Of a stretch of DNA of 32,228 nucleotides, positions 14,001 to 22,369 are shown piece after piece. Every line of letters starts with the position of its first letter. Within the stretch, counting starts at the first letter, position 1. The notes under the pieces are model-generated. The model was not told where the DNA came from and ran no database searches. It saw only the letters and a program-made list of their open reading frames with translations. The position numbers and the translations under genes were made by a program. Source of the stretch: an uncultured Candidatus Saccharibacteria bacterium (lineage in GTDB: Bacteria; Patescibacteriota; Minisyncoccia; Phycocordibacterales; CAYZPE01); assembly GCA_964480575.1 (NCBI GenBank), contig CAYZPE010000004.1, positions 1-32,228 on the forward strand, given 5' to 3'.

Positions 14001-14251
14001 TGGAAGTCTGGGCGCTTCTTGGTCACGGTGCAGCTTATAACTTGCGTGAGGTGCTTACAATTAAGTCTGACGATATTGTTGGACGTTCTGCAGCATTCGA
14101 TGCGATTGTGAAGGGTGAAGAGATTACAGAACTCAATGCACCTGCTTCGTTTAATGTGCTCCTCAATAACTTACGAGGTTTGTCGCTCGATGTTGAGCTT
14201 CGAAAAAAGGAAAGGTCGGAAGATGTAGCAGAAGACGTTTCGGTTGAATAA
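11042..14251 (+). CDS. rpoB: DNA-directed RNA polymerase beta subunit
   Basis: Full-length beta-subunit motifs are present (GRHGNKGVISKV, FGEMEVWAL and others). The start was set at ATG 11042, 6 nt after GGAGGAG (11029-11035), rather than the track start 11021. Confidence 0.97.
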   Translation: MKRGVVADKRPKKFFGRFKEPLVDMPNLVETQTTSYDWLMKEGLKEVFQEFSSIKDYSGKKFTLDFTGFELGLPKYDEYYAKENKMTYEAPLKVKIRLQNHTMATDKEQELFLADFPLMTTHGTFVVGGIERVIVPQLARSFGAFFTAQEIRTKKHFGAKIIPARGVWIEIETDADGVFYVRIDRKRKFAVTSLLRALGAHTKEEILALFKDNEQARLAIEKTLAKDTAKTADESYIEIHKKLRDGDLATAQNARDFVTAIFDKERYDLSRVGRFRFNKRFSKDLDKKEIERKTLNLHDLTTIISHVATLNNTPGAHEDDIDHLGSRRVRFVGELLQQKIRVGMSQIKRNIQNRMSTIESNVILPVQFISPKPLQARIKEFFATNQLSQFMAQENALTEIEHLRTLSALGPGGLNRNRAGFEVRDVHSSHYGRLCPIHTPEGANIGLILRLSVYARVNDFGMIETPYAKVKNGKITKEIDYLNALEEENFKIAHAATPYDAEGKITGETVEVRVNGKPTIVARDEINYIDVATNQAFSIATSMIPFLNHDDANRALMGSNMQKQATPCIIPEAPLVATGIEHAVVDTGRLVVAAEEGTVTHVDGKSIAVKNSKGKDHVYNLVTFSRTNGFTAFHQRPVVSLGDKVKKGALLADTSSSDKGEMALGQNILVGFMSWSGSNYEDAIIVSERLVKNSKFTSIHIEEFVVNVRDTKLGPEVTTCDIPNVGEVKLKNLDEDGIIRVGAEVRPGDILVGKITPKGETQLTPEERLLRSLFGEKARDVKDTSKRMENGKRGRIVKVQVFSREKGDKLESGIIKRIHIEIAQLRVLSVGDKLAGRHGNKGVISKVLPEEDMPYMPDGRPIDIILTPLGVPSRMNLGQILELHLGLAANTLNYQAIVPPFAGATETEIKEELVKAGFSADGKTVLFDGRTGEAFEQKIAIGYMYILKLHHMVEDKIHMRSIGPYSLITQQPLGGKAQGGGQRFGEMEVWALLGHGAAYNLREVLTIKSDDIVGRSAAFDAIVKGEEITELNAPASFNVLLNNLRGLSLDVELRKKERSEDVAEDVSVE

Positions 14252-14276
14252 TTGTTTATAAACTAATTAAAATCCT

Positions 14277-17200
14277 ATGATAAAAAATAAACAATCCGGC
14301 CTAAACGACTTTGAAACAATCTCAATTAAACTTGCGTCACCGGAACGCATCAAGGAATGGTCATCTGGTGAGGTTACAAAACCTGAAACCATCAACTACC
14401 GTACACAGCGGTCTGAAAAGAGTGGCCTTTTCGATGAAAAGATCTTCGGTCCAGACAAAGACTACGAATGTTACTGCGGTAAATACCGAGGCATTCGCTA
14501 TAAGGGAATTGTCTGTGAAAAATGTGGTGTTGAAATTACTCGTTCAATAGTTCGCCGAGAGCGCATGGGTCACATTGATCTTGCGGCTCCGGTTTCTCAT
14601 ATTTGGTTTCTCCGAAGTGTGCCATCTCGTATTGCGCTTGTGTTGGGAGTTCCGGCAGGTGAAGTAGAGAAGGTGGTTTACTTTGCGGGTTACATTATCA
14701 CTTCAGTTTCTGAAGATGAGCGACTCCGCATTTTGAAAGACTTGGATTCTGAATTCAAGACAAAAATAAAATCAATCAACAACGAGCCTGATAAGGAAAA
14801 ACTCAAAGAGCTTCTTCTTTCAACAAAACGTGAAATTGAAAGTATCCAAGAAGGAAGTGTGCTCGATGAAATCGCGTACCATACCTATTCAGTAAAATAT
14901 TCAACGCTTTTCGAAGCGGGCATTGGCGCTGAAGCAATTTATAATATCTTTAAAACTCTTGACCTTGAGAAGCTTGCAAAGACTCTCGATACTGAGCTTG
15001 AAAAGGCAAGTGCGGTTGATGCAGAAAAAATAAACAAGCGTCTTTCACTTATTCGAGGAATGCTGAAGAATGATATTCGTCCTGAATGGATGTTTCTCAC
15101 TCGTATTCCTGTTATTCCACCAGCGCTTCGTCCGATGGTTGCTCTTGATGGTGGACGCTATGCGACTTCAGACGTAAACGACTTGTATCGCCGCGTTATC
15201 AATCGAAATAATCGTTTGAAAAAGCTTAAGGAAATCAGTGCTCCTGATGTTATTTTACGTAACGAAAAAAGAATCCTTCAGGAAGCCATTGATGCACTTA
15301 TCGACAACTCAATCCGTCACGGAGGAGGAACTGGAGCGCAAGGTATTCAAGCACAGCGAAGAGCTCTTAAGTCTCTTGCTGACAATCTTAAAGGTAAGCG
15401 CGGGCTTCTCCGAGGAAATCTTCTTGGTAAGCGCGTTGACTACTCTGGTCGTTCTGTAATCGTGGTGGGTCCAGAATTGAAGCTCAATCAGTGCGGTCTT
15501 CCAAAGCACATGGCTCTGGAACTTTTCCGACCATTCGTTATTTCAGAACTTTTAAAGAAAGAACTTGCCTTTAATATTCGTGGTGCAGGCAAACTTATTG
15601 ATGACGGTATACCAGAAGTATGGGCGATTCTTGAAGACGTTATCAAAGATAAGTATGTGCTTCTAAACCGTGCACCAACACTTCACCGACTTGGTATTCA
15701 AGCTTTCCGACCGATCTTAATTGAAGGAAATGCGATCCAAGTGCATCCTCTTGTGTGTTCAGCTTTCAACGCTGACTTCGACGGAGACCAGATGGCGGTT
15801 CACGTTCCTCTTTCAAAGGAGGCACAGCTTGAGGCTAAAGAAATTATGGCTTCAGACAAAAACCTTTTGAAACCAGGTTCTGGTGATCCTGTTATTGCTG
15901 CAAAAATGCTCGACATTATTCTTGGTTGTTATTGGATGACAAAGATTTTGCCAGGCGAGAAAGGTGAAGGAAAAATCTTTACAGATCCTCGTGATGCAAT
16001 TCTTGCACGAGATTTCGGCGAAGTAAGTTTCCGAGCGGGAATTAAAGTGCTTGCTCCGCAGACACCAAAATTTGGCGAAAATGCAGGCAAGGTTATTGAA
16101 ACATCAGTTGGACGGCTGCTCTTTAATGAGCTCTTCCCAGCTGACTATCCATATTGGAACGCAGAAATGGAACGAAAGAAGATGGCACTTTTGGTTGACG
16201 ACATGATCGAACGCTACGGTATCGATAGTATTCCAAATATGTTGGATAAGGTAAAAGCGTTTGGTTTCAAGTACACAACAGTGTCTGGAGTAACATGGGG
16301 TATTGATGATATTAAAATTCCTCAAGGAAAATATGAGGTTATTGAAAAGGCAAAAGTAAAAGCTGCTGAGGTTATGGAGCAGTTCAATCTAGGACTCCTC
16401 TCAGAAGAAGAGCGCCTACGAAAAAATGTCGAGATCTGGCACGGTGCCAAGGGTGATGTTGAAAAACTCATTCCTGAAACTCTCGATATTCGTGGTTCAG
16501 TTTATGACATGGTGAAATCTGGAGCTCGAGGTTCTCTTTCACAAATTACTCAGATGGCCGGAATGAAAGGCCTTATTCAAAACACTGCTGGAGAAACAAT
16601 CGAGTTTCCGATTCTTTCATGTAGTAAGGAAGGTCTTACTCCGATCGAGTACTTCATCACAACTCACGGATCACGCAAAGGTTTGACCGACACTGCGCTC
16701 AATACTGCAAAGGCCGGATACCTCACTCGAAAACTCTTCGACGTTGCTCAAGACGTTGTGGTTCTTGAAGAAGATTGTGGAACTAAAGAAGGAGCTCATC
16801 TCAAGAAAGAAAGCGCATCTGGAATTGAAATTCCAATTTCAAAGATTGTGAAAGGAAGATTCTTGGCTGCTGATGTGGTTGATAAAGATGGCAATGTTGT
16901 CTTTAAGCGTGGTCACTTTGTGAACAAGCAAGATGCTCTTGTTATTGAAAAAGCAGGTATTGGCGAAGTTACTGTTCGTTCGCCACTTTCATGCAAAACT
17001 TTGCGTGGCGTGTGTGTGAAATGTTATGGAGCTGATCTTGGTAAGAATAAAATCGTAGAACTTGGTGAGGCTGTAGGAACTGTTGCTGCTCAGTCTATCG
17101 GAGAGCCAGGAACACAGCTTACAATGCGTACATTCCACGCCGGAGGTACAGCGTCTGTTGGTGGAGACATCACTGCCGGTCTTCCTCGTGCTGAAGAAGT

Positions 17201-17960
17201 GTTCGAAAAGCGAAAGCCAAAGAATCCAGCAGTTGTATCGCATGTTAACGGCACAGTTTCCGATGTGAAAGTTATTGGACGAGAGAAAATTATCTCAATT
17301 CTTCCTGACGAAGGATCAAAGGGTAAGGTTGCGGCAGATATTGAATACACAGCTCATTACCATCGAACAGTCTTGGTAAAAGCAGGAGACAAGGTAGAGA
17401 AGGGAGATCTTCTTACTGATGGTTCCGCAAACATTGATGAGTTGTTCAAGTATGCAGGCAAAGAGAAAACTGAAAATTACATTATTCGTGAAATTAGTAA
17501 GCTCTACGAACTTCAAGGAGAAACTGTTTCAAGAAAGCACATCGAGGTTATCATCAAGCAGATGTTCTCTCGCCGAAAGATGGTAAATTCTGGAGACACA
17601 GGATTTTCAAGAGGAGATGTTATCGAAGCTGCTCTGCTTCTAAGAGAAAATGATCGTATTGTTGAAGGAGGTGGAGAAGCAGGTACTTCAGAATCTGTGG
17701 TGATGGGTATTACTGAAGTTGCTCTCTCACGACGAAGTGTTCTCTCAGCTGCATCATTCCAGCACACAACACGTGTTCTTATTAACAGTGCGCTTAGAGG
17801 ATACAGAGATGATCTCGTAGGTCTCAAGGAAAACGTTATTATCGGTCGTCTTATTCCAGCAGGTACTGGTTTTCCAGGAAGTTCAAAAGCAGAAATGATC
17901 AAAACTTTGAAGGATACCGGATCATATACAGCTCCAATCGAAGGACCTCTACAGAAGTAA
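14277..17960 (+). CDS. rpoC: DNA-directed RNA polymerase beta' subunit
   Basis: It has the zinc-binding CxC...CxxC region (CYCGKY...CEKCG) and the catalytic NADFDGDQM motif. Confidence 0.97.
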   Translation: MIKNKQSGLNDFETISIKLASPERIKEWSSGEVTKPETINYRTQRSEKSGLFDEKIFGPDKDYECYCGKYRGIRYKGIVCEKCGVEITRSIVRRERMGHIDLAAPVSHIWFLRSVPSRIALVLGVPAGEVEKVVYFAGYIITSVSEDERLRILKDLDSEFKTKIKSINNEPDKEKLKELLLSTKREIESIQEGSVLDEIAYHTYSVKYSTLFEAGIGAEAIYNIFKTLDLEKLAKTLDTELEKASAVDAEKINKRLSLIRGMLKNDIRPEWMFLTRIPVIPPALRPMVALDGGRYATSDVNDLYRRVINRNNRLKKLKEISAPDVILRNEKRILQEAIDALIDNSIRHGGGTGAQGIQAQRRALKSLADNLKGKRGLLRGNLLGKRVDYSGRSVIVVGPELKLNQCGLPKHMALELFRPFVISELLKKELAFNIRGAGKLIDDGIPEVWAILEDVIKDKYVLLNRAPTLHRLGIQAFRPILIEGNAIQVHPLVCSAFNADFDGDQMAVHVPLSKEAQLEAKEIMASDKNLLKPGSGDPVIAAKMLDIILGCYWMTKILPGEKGEGKIFTDPRDAILARDFGEVSFRAGIKVLAPQTPKFGENAGKVIETSVGRLLFNELFPADYPYWNAEMERKKMALLVDDMIERYGIDSIPNMLDKVKAFGFKYTTVSGVTWGIDDIKIPQGKYEVIEKAKVKAAEVMEQFNLGLLSEEERLRKNVEIWHGAKGDVEKLIPETLDIRGSVYDMVKSGARGSLSQITQMAGMKGLIQNTAGETIEFPILSCSKEGLTPIEYFITTHGSRKGLTDTALNTAKAGYLTRKLFDVAQDVVVLEEDCGTKEGAHLKKESASGIEIPISKIVKGRFLAADVVDKDGNVVFKRGHFVNKQDALVIEKAGIGEVTVRSPLSCKTLRGVCVKCYGADLGKNKIVELGEAVGTVAAQSIGEPGTQLTMRTFHAGGTASVGGDITAGLPRAEEVFEKRKPKNPAVVSHVNGTVSDVKVIGREKIISILPDEGSKGKVAADIEYTAHYHRTVLVKAGDKVEKGDLLTDGSANIDELFKYAGKEKTENYIIREISKLYELQGETVSRKHIEVIIKQMFSRRKMVNSGDTGFSRGDVIEAALLLRENDRIVEGGGEAGTSESVVMGITEVALSRRSVLSAASFQHTTRVLINSALRGYRDDLVGLKENVIIGRLIPAGTGFPGSSKAEMIKTLKDTGSYTAPIEGPLQK

Positions 17961-18000
17961 TTAGGCGGGAAGGAGGTTTGTAAACTCCACTACATAATAT

Positions 18001-19707
18001 ATGTCAGATGCCCCCGAAAAAATAAAAGAAAGGCTTTCTATTTCAGATGTCCTAGGCTCCTACATTAAGCTCGAGAAAGCCGGAATTAATTACAAAGCGA
18101 AATGCCCTTTTCACAATGAAAAGACGCCTTCGTTCTTTGTGTCACCCGGACGTGCAAACTTTTATTGTTTTGGGTGTGGAGTTAAGGGAGATATCTTCAC
18201 GTTCGTTGAAAAATTTGAAGGACTTGATTTCAAGGGGGCATTGAAGCTTCTTGCAGAGCGTGCGGGAATCTCGCTTGATGAATTTCACGAAAATCCTGCT
18301 CTCGACAAAGAGAAGCGTGAAATATATCAAGCACTTGAAGAGACAACACTTTTTTTTGAAGACGAGCTTAAAAAAAATATTGAGGCTAAAGCATACCTTC
18401 AAAAAAGAGGACTCTTGCCTAAGACAATGAAAGAGTGGCGGATTGGCTACGCATCGGCTGAGTGGCGCGCCTTGAAAGATCATCTCACTTCAGTCGGCAT
18501 AAAAGAGGATATACAGATCAAAGCTGGGCTTATTAAAAAGAGTGAGAAGGCCAAGGATGCATACGATGTGTTTCGCGGACGAATTATTTTTCCGATATTC
18601 GATACCGCAGGAAGAGTGATCGCTTTTTCTGGTCGAATATTGATTGCTGACGACAAATCACCAAAGTACTTAAACAGTCCCGATACCGTAGTCTTTAACA
18701 AATCCTTAACGCTCTACGGTCTCCATAATGCCAAGGTGCCGATCAGAAAGCGTGATTATAGTATTCTTGTCGAAGGCCAGATGGATCTTCTCATGTGTCA
18801 TCAGGCAGGATTTGATCATGCGGTTGCAACCTCAGGTACCGCACTTACCTCGGAGCATATAAAAAGACTCAAGTCACTTTCGACAAAAATTCTTATGGTT
18901 TTCGATGGTGATAGTGCGGGTTTCAAGGCTTCTGATCGTGGAGCAAAGCTCGCGCTCGCGCTCGGTTTAGAAGTGAAGCTTGGGATGTTGCCCGAAGGAA
19001 TCGATCCAGCTGATCTCATAGCTCAAGACTTAAAGCACTGGAAAGAAGTTCTCTCAAAATCAAAACATATCGTTGATTTTCACCTCGAGCACCTGCTTCG
19101 TGAAAAGCTTCCGGCTCGTCGATTTGCAAAAGAGCTTGAGGTAAGGGTTCTTCCTTTCATTCGCGAACTAGGAAGTGAAATCGAAAAGTCTCACTTCGTG
19201 AAAAAAATAGTTGATATTACCGGACTCAATGAAAATGCGATTTGGGACGAAATAAAAAAAGTTTCTGAAAAAGTAGAACCTGTGGCAGTTAGTGCGCGAC
19301 AAAACCAGTCTCTAAAGGTTTACAAGAGTACGACATCAAATAATGGGAGGGGAATATTTAGAACAGTGCTCGCAGTTCTTATTACAGAAAAGGAAAAGAA
19401 GAGTCAGTACGGAGAAAAACTTGAAGAGCTTCTCAAGACTCTGATTTCGGAAAAGCGACTGAATGAGCTTATTGCGGCAGTAAGTGAAGACAAGGACGAG
19501 CTGCTGTTTGAAGCGGAAAAAACGTATCCGAAAGGTTTGGATGAGACAACGCACAAGGAGTTGGTGGAGACGATTCAGAACGCCTTTGTAAAAGAAGAGT
19601 TGGCACGAGTCACAAGGGAAATTCGTAAAGCCGAAGCAGAGAGTGATTTAAAAAAGGTCGAAGAGCTTCTTATTATCTACAGTCGTCTAATGAAACAAAA
19701 AGGATAA
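18001..19707 (+). CDS. dnaG: DNA primase
   Basis: It has the CHC2 zinc finger [15 protein letters not shown]...YCFGCG and Toprim motifs (EGQMD, DGDSAG). Confidence 0.95.
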   Translation: MSDAPEKIKERLSISDVLGSYIKLEKAGINYKAKCPFHNEKTPSFFVSPGRANFYCFGCGVKGDIFTFVEKFEGLDFKGALKLLAERAGISLDEFHENPALDKEKREIYQALEETTLFFEDELKKNIEAKAYLQKRGLLPKTMKEWRIGYASAEWRALKDHLTSVGIKEDIQIKAGLIKKSEKAKDAYDVFRGRIIFPIFDTAGRVIAFSGRILIADDKSPKYLNSPDTVVFNKSLTLYGLHNAKVPIRKRDYSILVEGQMDLLMCHQAGFDHAVATSGTALTSEHIKRLKSLSTKILMVFDGDSAGFKASDRGAKLALALGLEVKLGMLPEGIDPADLIAQDLKHWKEVLSKSKHIVDFHLEHLLREKLPARRFAKELEVRVLPFIRELGSEIEKSHFVKKIVDITGLNENAIWDEIKKVSEKVEPVAVSARQNQSLKVYKSTTSNNGRGIFRTVLAVLITEKEKKSQYGEKLEELLKTLISEKRLNELIAAVSEDKDELLFEAEKTYPKGLDETTHKELVETIQNAFVKEELARVTREIRKAEAESDLKKVEELLIIYSRLMKQKG

Positions 19708-19718
19708 TTTTATATACT

Positions 19719-20924
19719 ATGGCAATCAACAAGTCAAAGAAAACAAAACGACAAATCAAAAAGCATAGCAAAAAAGTTGTGAAGAGAGCCGCTTTTCGTT
19801 CGGCACACGCGAAGAAAGCAGTAAAGAAAGCAGCTCCTCCAACCAAAGAGAAGAAGGCTCTGATTTGGGAAAATAAAATGAAAGGTCTTGTTATGCGCGG
19901 AAAGGATCGCGGCTTTGTGACGTATGACGAAATTTTGAAAGAGTTTCCAACCATTGAAGAAGATGTGGTTTTTCTTGAAGATCTCTACAGTAAGCTCGCT
20001 GTTGCTGGCGTTGATATTTTGGAAGGAGGAGGTCTACTTGAGACGCCTTCTGAAAATGACAAACTTGACTACGCAAAAGGCGGAGAAGGTTCATATGATT
20101 CGATTCAAATGTATTTGAAGGAGATTGGTCAGTACCCTCTCATTTCCGGCGCTGCAGAAAAAGATCTCGCAAAGCGCATTCAAGCAGGTGATGAAGAGGC
20201 AAAAAATATTCTGGCTCGTTCAAACTTGCGTCTTGTGGTTTCGATTGCAAAAAAATATGTAGGTCGTAGTCCTGACCTTACACTTCTCGACCTTATCCAA
20301 GAAGGAAATTTAGGTCTGTTTCGTGCTGTAGATAAGTTTGATTGGACTAAAGGTTTTAAATTCTCAACGTATGCAACATGGTGGATTCGCCAGGCTATTA
20401 CACGCGCTCTCGCCGATCAGTCTCGCACTATTCGTGTGCCAGTACACATGGTTGAGACAATTGCAAAATATAAACAGGTTGTACGTCGACTTTCACAAGA
20501 CCTCGGCCGCGATCCTTTACCAGAAGAAATTGCAGTTGAAATGAATCTTGATGTTGATAAAATCTACCAGATCGAAAAAATTGATCAGAGTACGGTTTCG
20601 CTTGAAACTCCGGTAGGTGAAGATGGTGACAAAGAGTCAGTTCTTGGTGACTTTGTTGCTGATGATAAAATTCTTTCACCAGATCAAGAATCATCTCGTC
20701 GTATTATTGCAGACCAAGTAAAAGAAATTTTGGGAGATTTGCCTGAAAAAGAGAGAAAGATTTTAGAGATGCGTCATGGACTTGTTGACGGCATTACCCA
20801 TACTCTTGAAGAAGTAGGCAAGGAGTTTGGTGTGACTCGTGAGCGTATTCGACAGATTGAAGCGAAGGCTCTTGAAAAGATTCGCCAACACGACAAATCA
20901 AATAGACTTAGAAATTATTACTAA
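19719..20924 (+). CDS. rpoD: Primary RNA polymerase sigma factor (sigma-70 family, group 1-like) with a lysine-rich N-terminus
   Basis: Region 1.2 is [11 protein letters not shown]. Region 2 is [12 protein letters not shown]...[16 protein letters not shown]. Region 3 is present. Region 4 is [23 protein letters not shown]. Confidence 0.95.
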   Translation: MAINKSKKTKRQIKKHSKKVVKRAAFRSAHAKKAVKKAAPPTKEKKALIWENKMKGLVMRGKDRGFVTYDEILKEFPTIEEDVVFLEDLYSKLAVAGVDILEGGGLLETPSENDKLDYAKGGEGSYDSIQMYLKEIGQYPLISGAAEKDLAKRIQAGDEEAKNILARSNLRLVVSIAKKYVGRSPDLTLLDLIQEGNLGLFRAVDKFDWTKGFKFSTYATWWIRQAITRALADQSRTIRVPVHMVETIAKYKQVVRRLSQDLGRDPLPEEIAVEMNLDVDKIYQIEKIDQSTVSLETPVGEDGDKESVLGDFVADDKILSPDQESSRRIIADQVKEILGDLPEKERKILEMRHGLVDGITHTLEEVGKEFGVTRERIRQIEAKALEKIRQHDKSNRLRNYY

Positions 20925-20928
20925 AAAC

Positions 20929-20952
20929 AAAAACCACCGAAAGGTGGTTTTT
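20929..20952 (+). terminator. Intrinsic terminator after rpoD
   Basis: AAAAACCACC (20929-20938), loop GAAA, GGTGGTTTTT (20943-20952). Both arms are identical to the terminator at 7031-7064. Confidence 0.8.
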
Positions 20953-21042
20953 GTTTACTTGAAAAACATAATTATATGTGTTACTGTATTAATCGCTTTG
21001 CTCTTTGTTGTTTTTCAATCTCAAACCATGAAAGGGGGACGT

Positions 21043-21720
21043 ATGAGTAATGACTCTTGTAGAGGGTCACGAGTAATGAAGTGGTCTGAGTGTAGAGACT
21101 GCTTCTTAGAGCTTCGCGCTCTCGAAGAGGATCTCTGGGCTGCCATAGAGGCTAAAGGACAAAATCTTCCGCATGCTTGCATTGACATGCTGAAGTCAAA
21201 AGTTAGTCAATTGCAAAATCGAATCGCTGTAGGTAATCAATGTATTGTGAAGCATGTAGCAAGAGAAATTTATGGCCAAGTGGATTATGAAGCATTGCTT
21301 TCTGCTGGTGACGAAGGTTTGCTTAATGCAATCAATAGATTTGATCCTCAACTCGGATTTCGATTCAGTACCTACGCATATACTGCTTTGAAAAGACAGA
21401 TGATCCAGACTGCTTCTAGAGAAAATAGAGAGCGGAATCGTCGTCTTGCTAGCGCAAGGGATATTAAGTTGCTCCAAAGAAAAAATGATCGGCCATATGA
21501 TGATGATATGCTTCAGAAACTTAATCGAGTAGTCCTATGTCTCGATGATGAAAGGGAGAAGATGGTTCTTTCGTGTCGATACGGACTCGATAACAAAGAG
21601 GTGCTGACACGAAAGCAGATAGGTCGAGCTCTAGGGATCACTCGGGAAAGAGTTCGTCAAATTGAAAAAAAAGTACTTAGTAAGCTTCGCAAGTATTTCG
21701 GCTCAGAGCTCTTGAGTTAA
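21043..21720 (+). CDS. Alternative sigma-70-family factor (about 225 aa; regions 2 and 4 only; group-3-like)
   Basis: Region 2 is GDEGLLNAINRFDPQLGFRFSTYAYTALKRQM. Region 4 is LTRKQIGRALGITRERVRQIEKKVLSKL. The start was placed at ATG 21043 after AAAGGGGGA (21031-21039). The track ORF start 20839 lies inside rpoD and upstream of the rpoD terminator. Confidence 0.8.
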   Translation: MSNDSCRGSRVMKWSECRDCFLELRALEEDLWAAIEAKGQNLPHACIDMLKSKVSQLQNRIAVGNQCIVKHVAREIYGQVDYEALLSAGDEGLLNAINRFDPQLGFRFSTYAYTALKRQMIQTASRENRERNRRLASARDIKLLQRKNDRPYDDDMLQKLNRVVLCLDDEREKMVLSCRYGLDNKEVLTRKQIGRALGITRERVRQIEKKVLSKLRKYFGSELLS

Positions 21721-21737
21721 TCTGGAACTAAGATAAA

Positions 21738-21772
21738 ACCCCTCGCGCATGATGCGCGAGGGGTATTTTTTT
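21738..21772. terminator. Bidirectional intrinsic terminator shared by the sigma gene and the convergent 144-aa gene
   Basis: Perfect 12-bp GC-rich stem ACCCCTCGCGCA (21738-21749) / TGCGCGAGGGGT (21753-21764), with AAAA upstream and TTTTTTT downstream. Confidence 0.8.
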
Positions 21773-21778
21773 CGCTCT

Positions 21779-22213
21779 TCATTTTATCTCTTTGAGTGGG
21801 ATTTCAACCGAAGAGATTTCGAGTAGACCGTCGCTCGTGACCCATATTGACATTGTTCCACCGCCAGGGAATGAATAGGTATTCATATGTGGCTGGTGTT
21901 GTGAGGTGAATTGGGTAAGTGCCTCTAGGATCACACTCCGGCTCATTTTACTACGAATGTGCGTTGTGGGAATGAGGCCCTTTGGGATCTTTGGGGGTTC
22001 GTAGCAAAGGATGTATACTTCTAATTTATTATTATGTCCCGCGAAACTAATCTCGATGTGTCCGATCGTGAGGGTGCCAGATTTGTTCTGATCCTGCAAG
22101 CTTTCGCAAGCCTCTTTGATTCCAGACCTCCAGTCTCGGACATTGAATTTTTTTGTTTTATCTCCTGTTTTAAATTCAACTTTGATGCCGGACGATGCGG
22201 CAGCTATAAGCAT
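21779..22213 (-). CDS. Hypothetical protein, 144 aa, no domain recognised
   Basis: A perfect AAGGAGG (complement of 22218-22224) lies 4 nt upstream of the ATG. The gene has its own promoter and a shared terminator. C/G-ending codons are frequent. Confidence 0.6.
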   Translation of the reverse strand: MLIAAASSGIKVEFKTGDKTKKFNVRDWRSGIKEACESLQDQNKSGTLTIGHIEISFAGHNNKLEVYILCYEPPKIPKGLIPTTHIRSKMSRSVILEALTQFTSQHQPHMNTYSFPGGGTMSIWVTSDGLLEISSVEIPLKEIK

Positions 22214-22265
22214 AAAACCTCCTTAAAGAACTTTTTTATCCGCACGGCGTGCAGAAGCCTGCGTA

Positions 22266-22294
22266 ACGATAACATCTTTTTAAGATCATATCAA
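22266..22294 (-). promoter_or_regulatory. Promoter of the 144-aa gene: TTGATA, 17-nt spacer, TGtTATCGT
   Basis: The minus strand reads TTGATA (22294-22289), a 17-nt spacer, then TGtTATCGT (22274-22266). It gives a leader of about 50 nt containing small GC hairpins (GCAG/CTGC, GCAC/GTGC). Confidence 0.45.
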
Positions 22295-22356
22295 TCCCGT
22301 TAAAAGCTATGTTCTATGTCTTAGTGATTAATCGAGTATCTATTAATTTTTTTAGG

Positions 22357-22362
22357 TATAAT
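22357..22362 (+). promoter_or_regulatory. Consensus -10 TATAAT, 7 nt upstream of the helicase ATG (leaderless-type)
   Basis: TATAAT at 22357-22362, then tagggca and ATG at 22370. No SD, and no convincing -35. Confidence 0.4.
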
Positions 22363-22369
22363 TAGGGCA

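Noticed and set aside
11213-17902. Antisense and out-of-frame ORFs within rpoB and rpoC (for example 11213-11686 minus, 11418-11816 plus, 17090-17350 minus and 17513-17902 minus).
   Set aside because: They are embedded in highly conserved polymerase genes, have no promoter, SD or terminator signals and no recognisable motifs. I treat them as spurious.
17985-18003. TACATAAT directly upstream of the dnaG start, and the same 8-mer upstream of the DsbA-like gene (complement of about 26385-26392), as leaderless -10 elements.
   Set aside because: The hexamer would end only 3-4 nt from the ATG. That is too close for a TSS at or before the start codon, so these two genes were left out of the leaderless set. 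The shared 8-mer may still be meaningful, for example as an A/U-rich translation enhancer.
20839-21042. The track ORF extends the second sigma factor 68 codons upstream, overlapping the 3' end of rpoD.
   Set aside because: The extension runs through the rpoD stop codon region and its strong terminator (20929-20952) and encodes a low-complexity hydrophobic stretch. A good SD (AAAGGGGGA) immediately precedes the in-frame ATG at 21043.
21300-21420. The absence of the conserved WW pair of sigma region 2.3 (FSTYAYTALKRQ against [11 protein letters not shown]) as an anomaly of the second sigma.
   Set aside because: Group 3 alternative sigmas (FliA, SigF and SigB types) also lack these tryptophans. 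This is what a non-primary sigma is expected to look like and is not a novelty.
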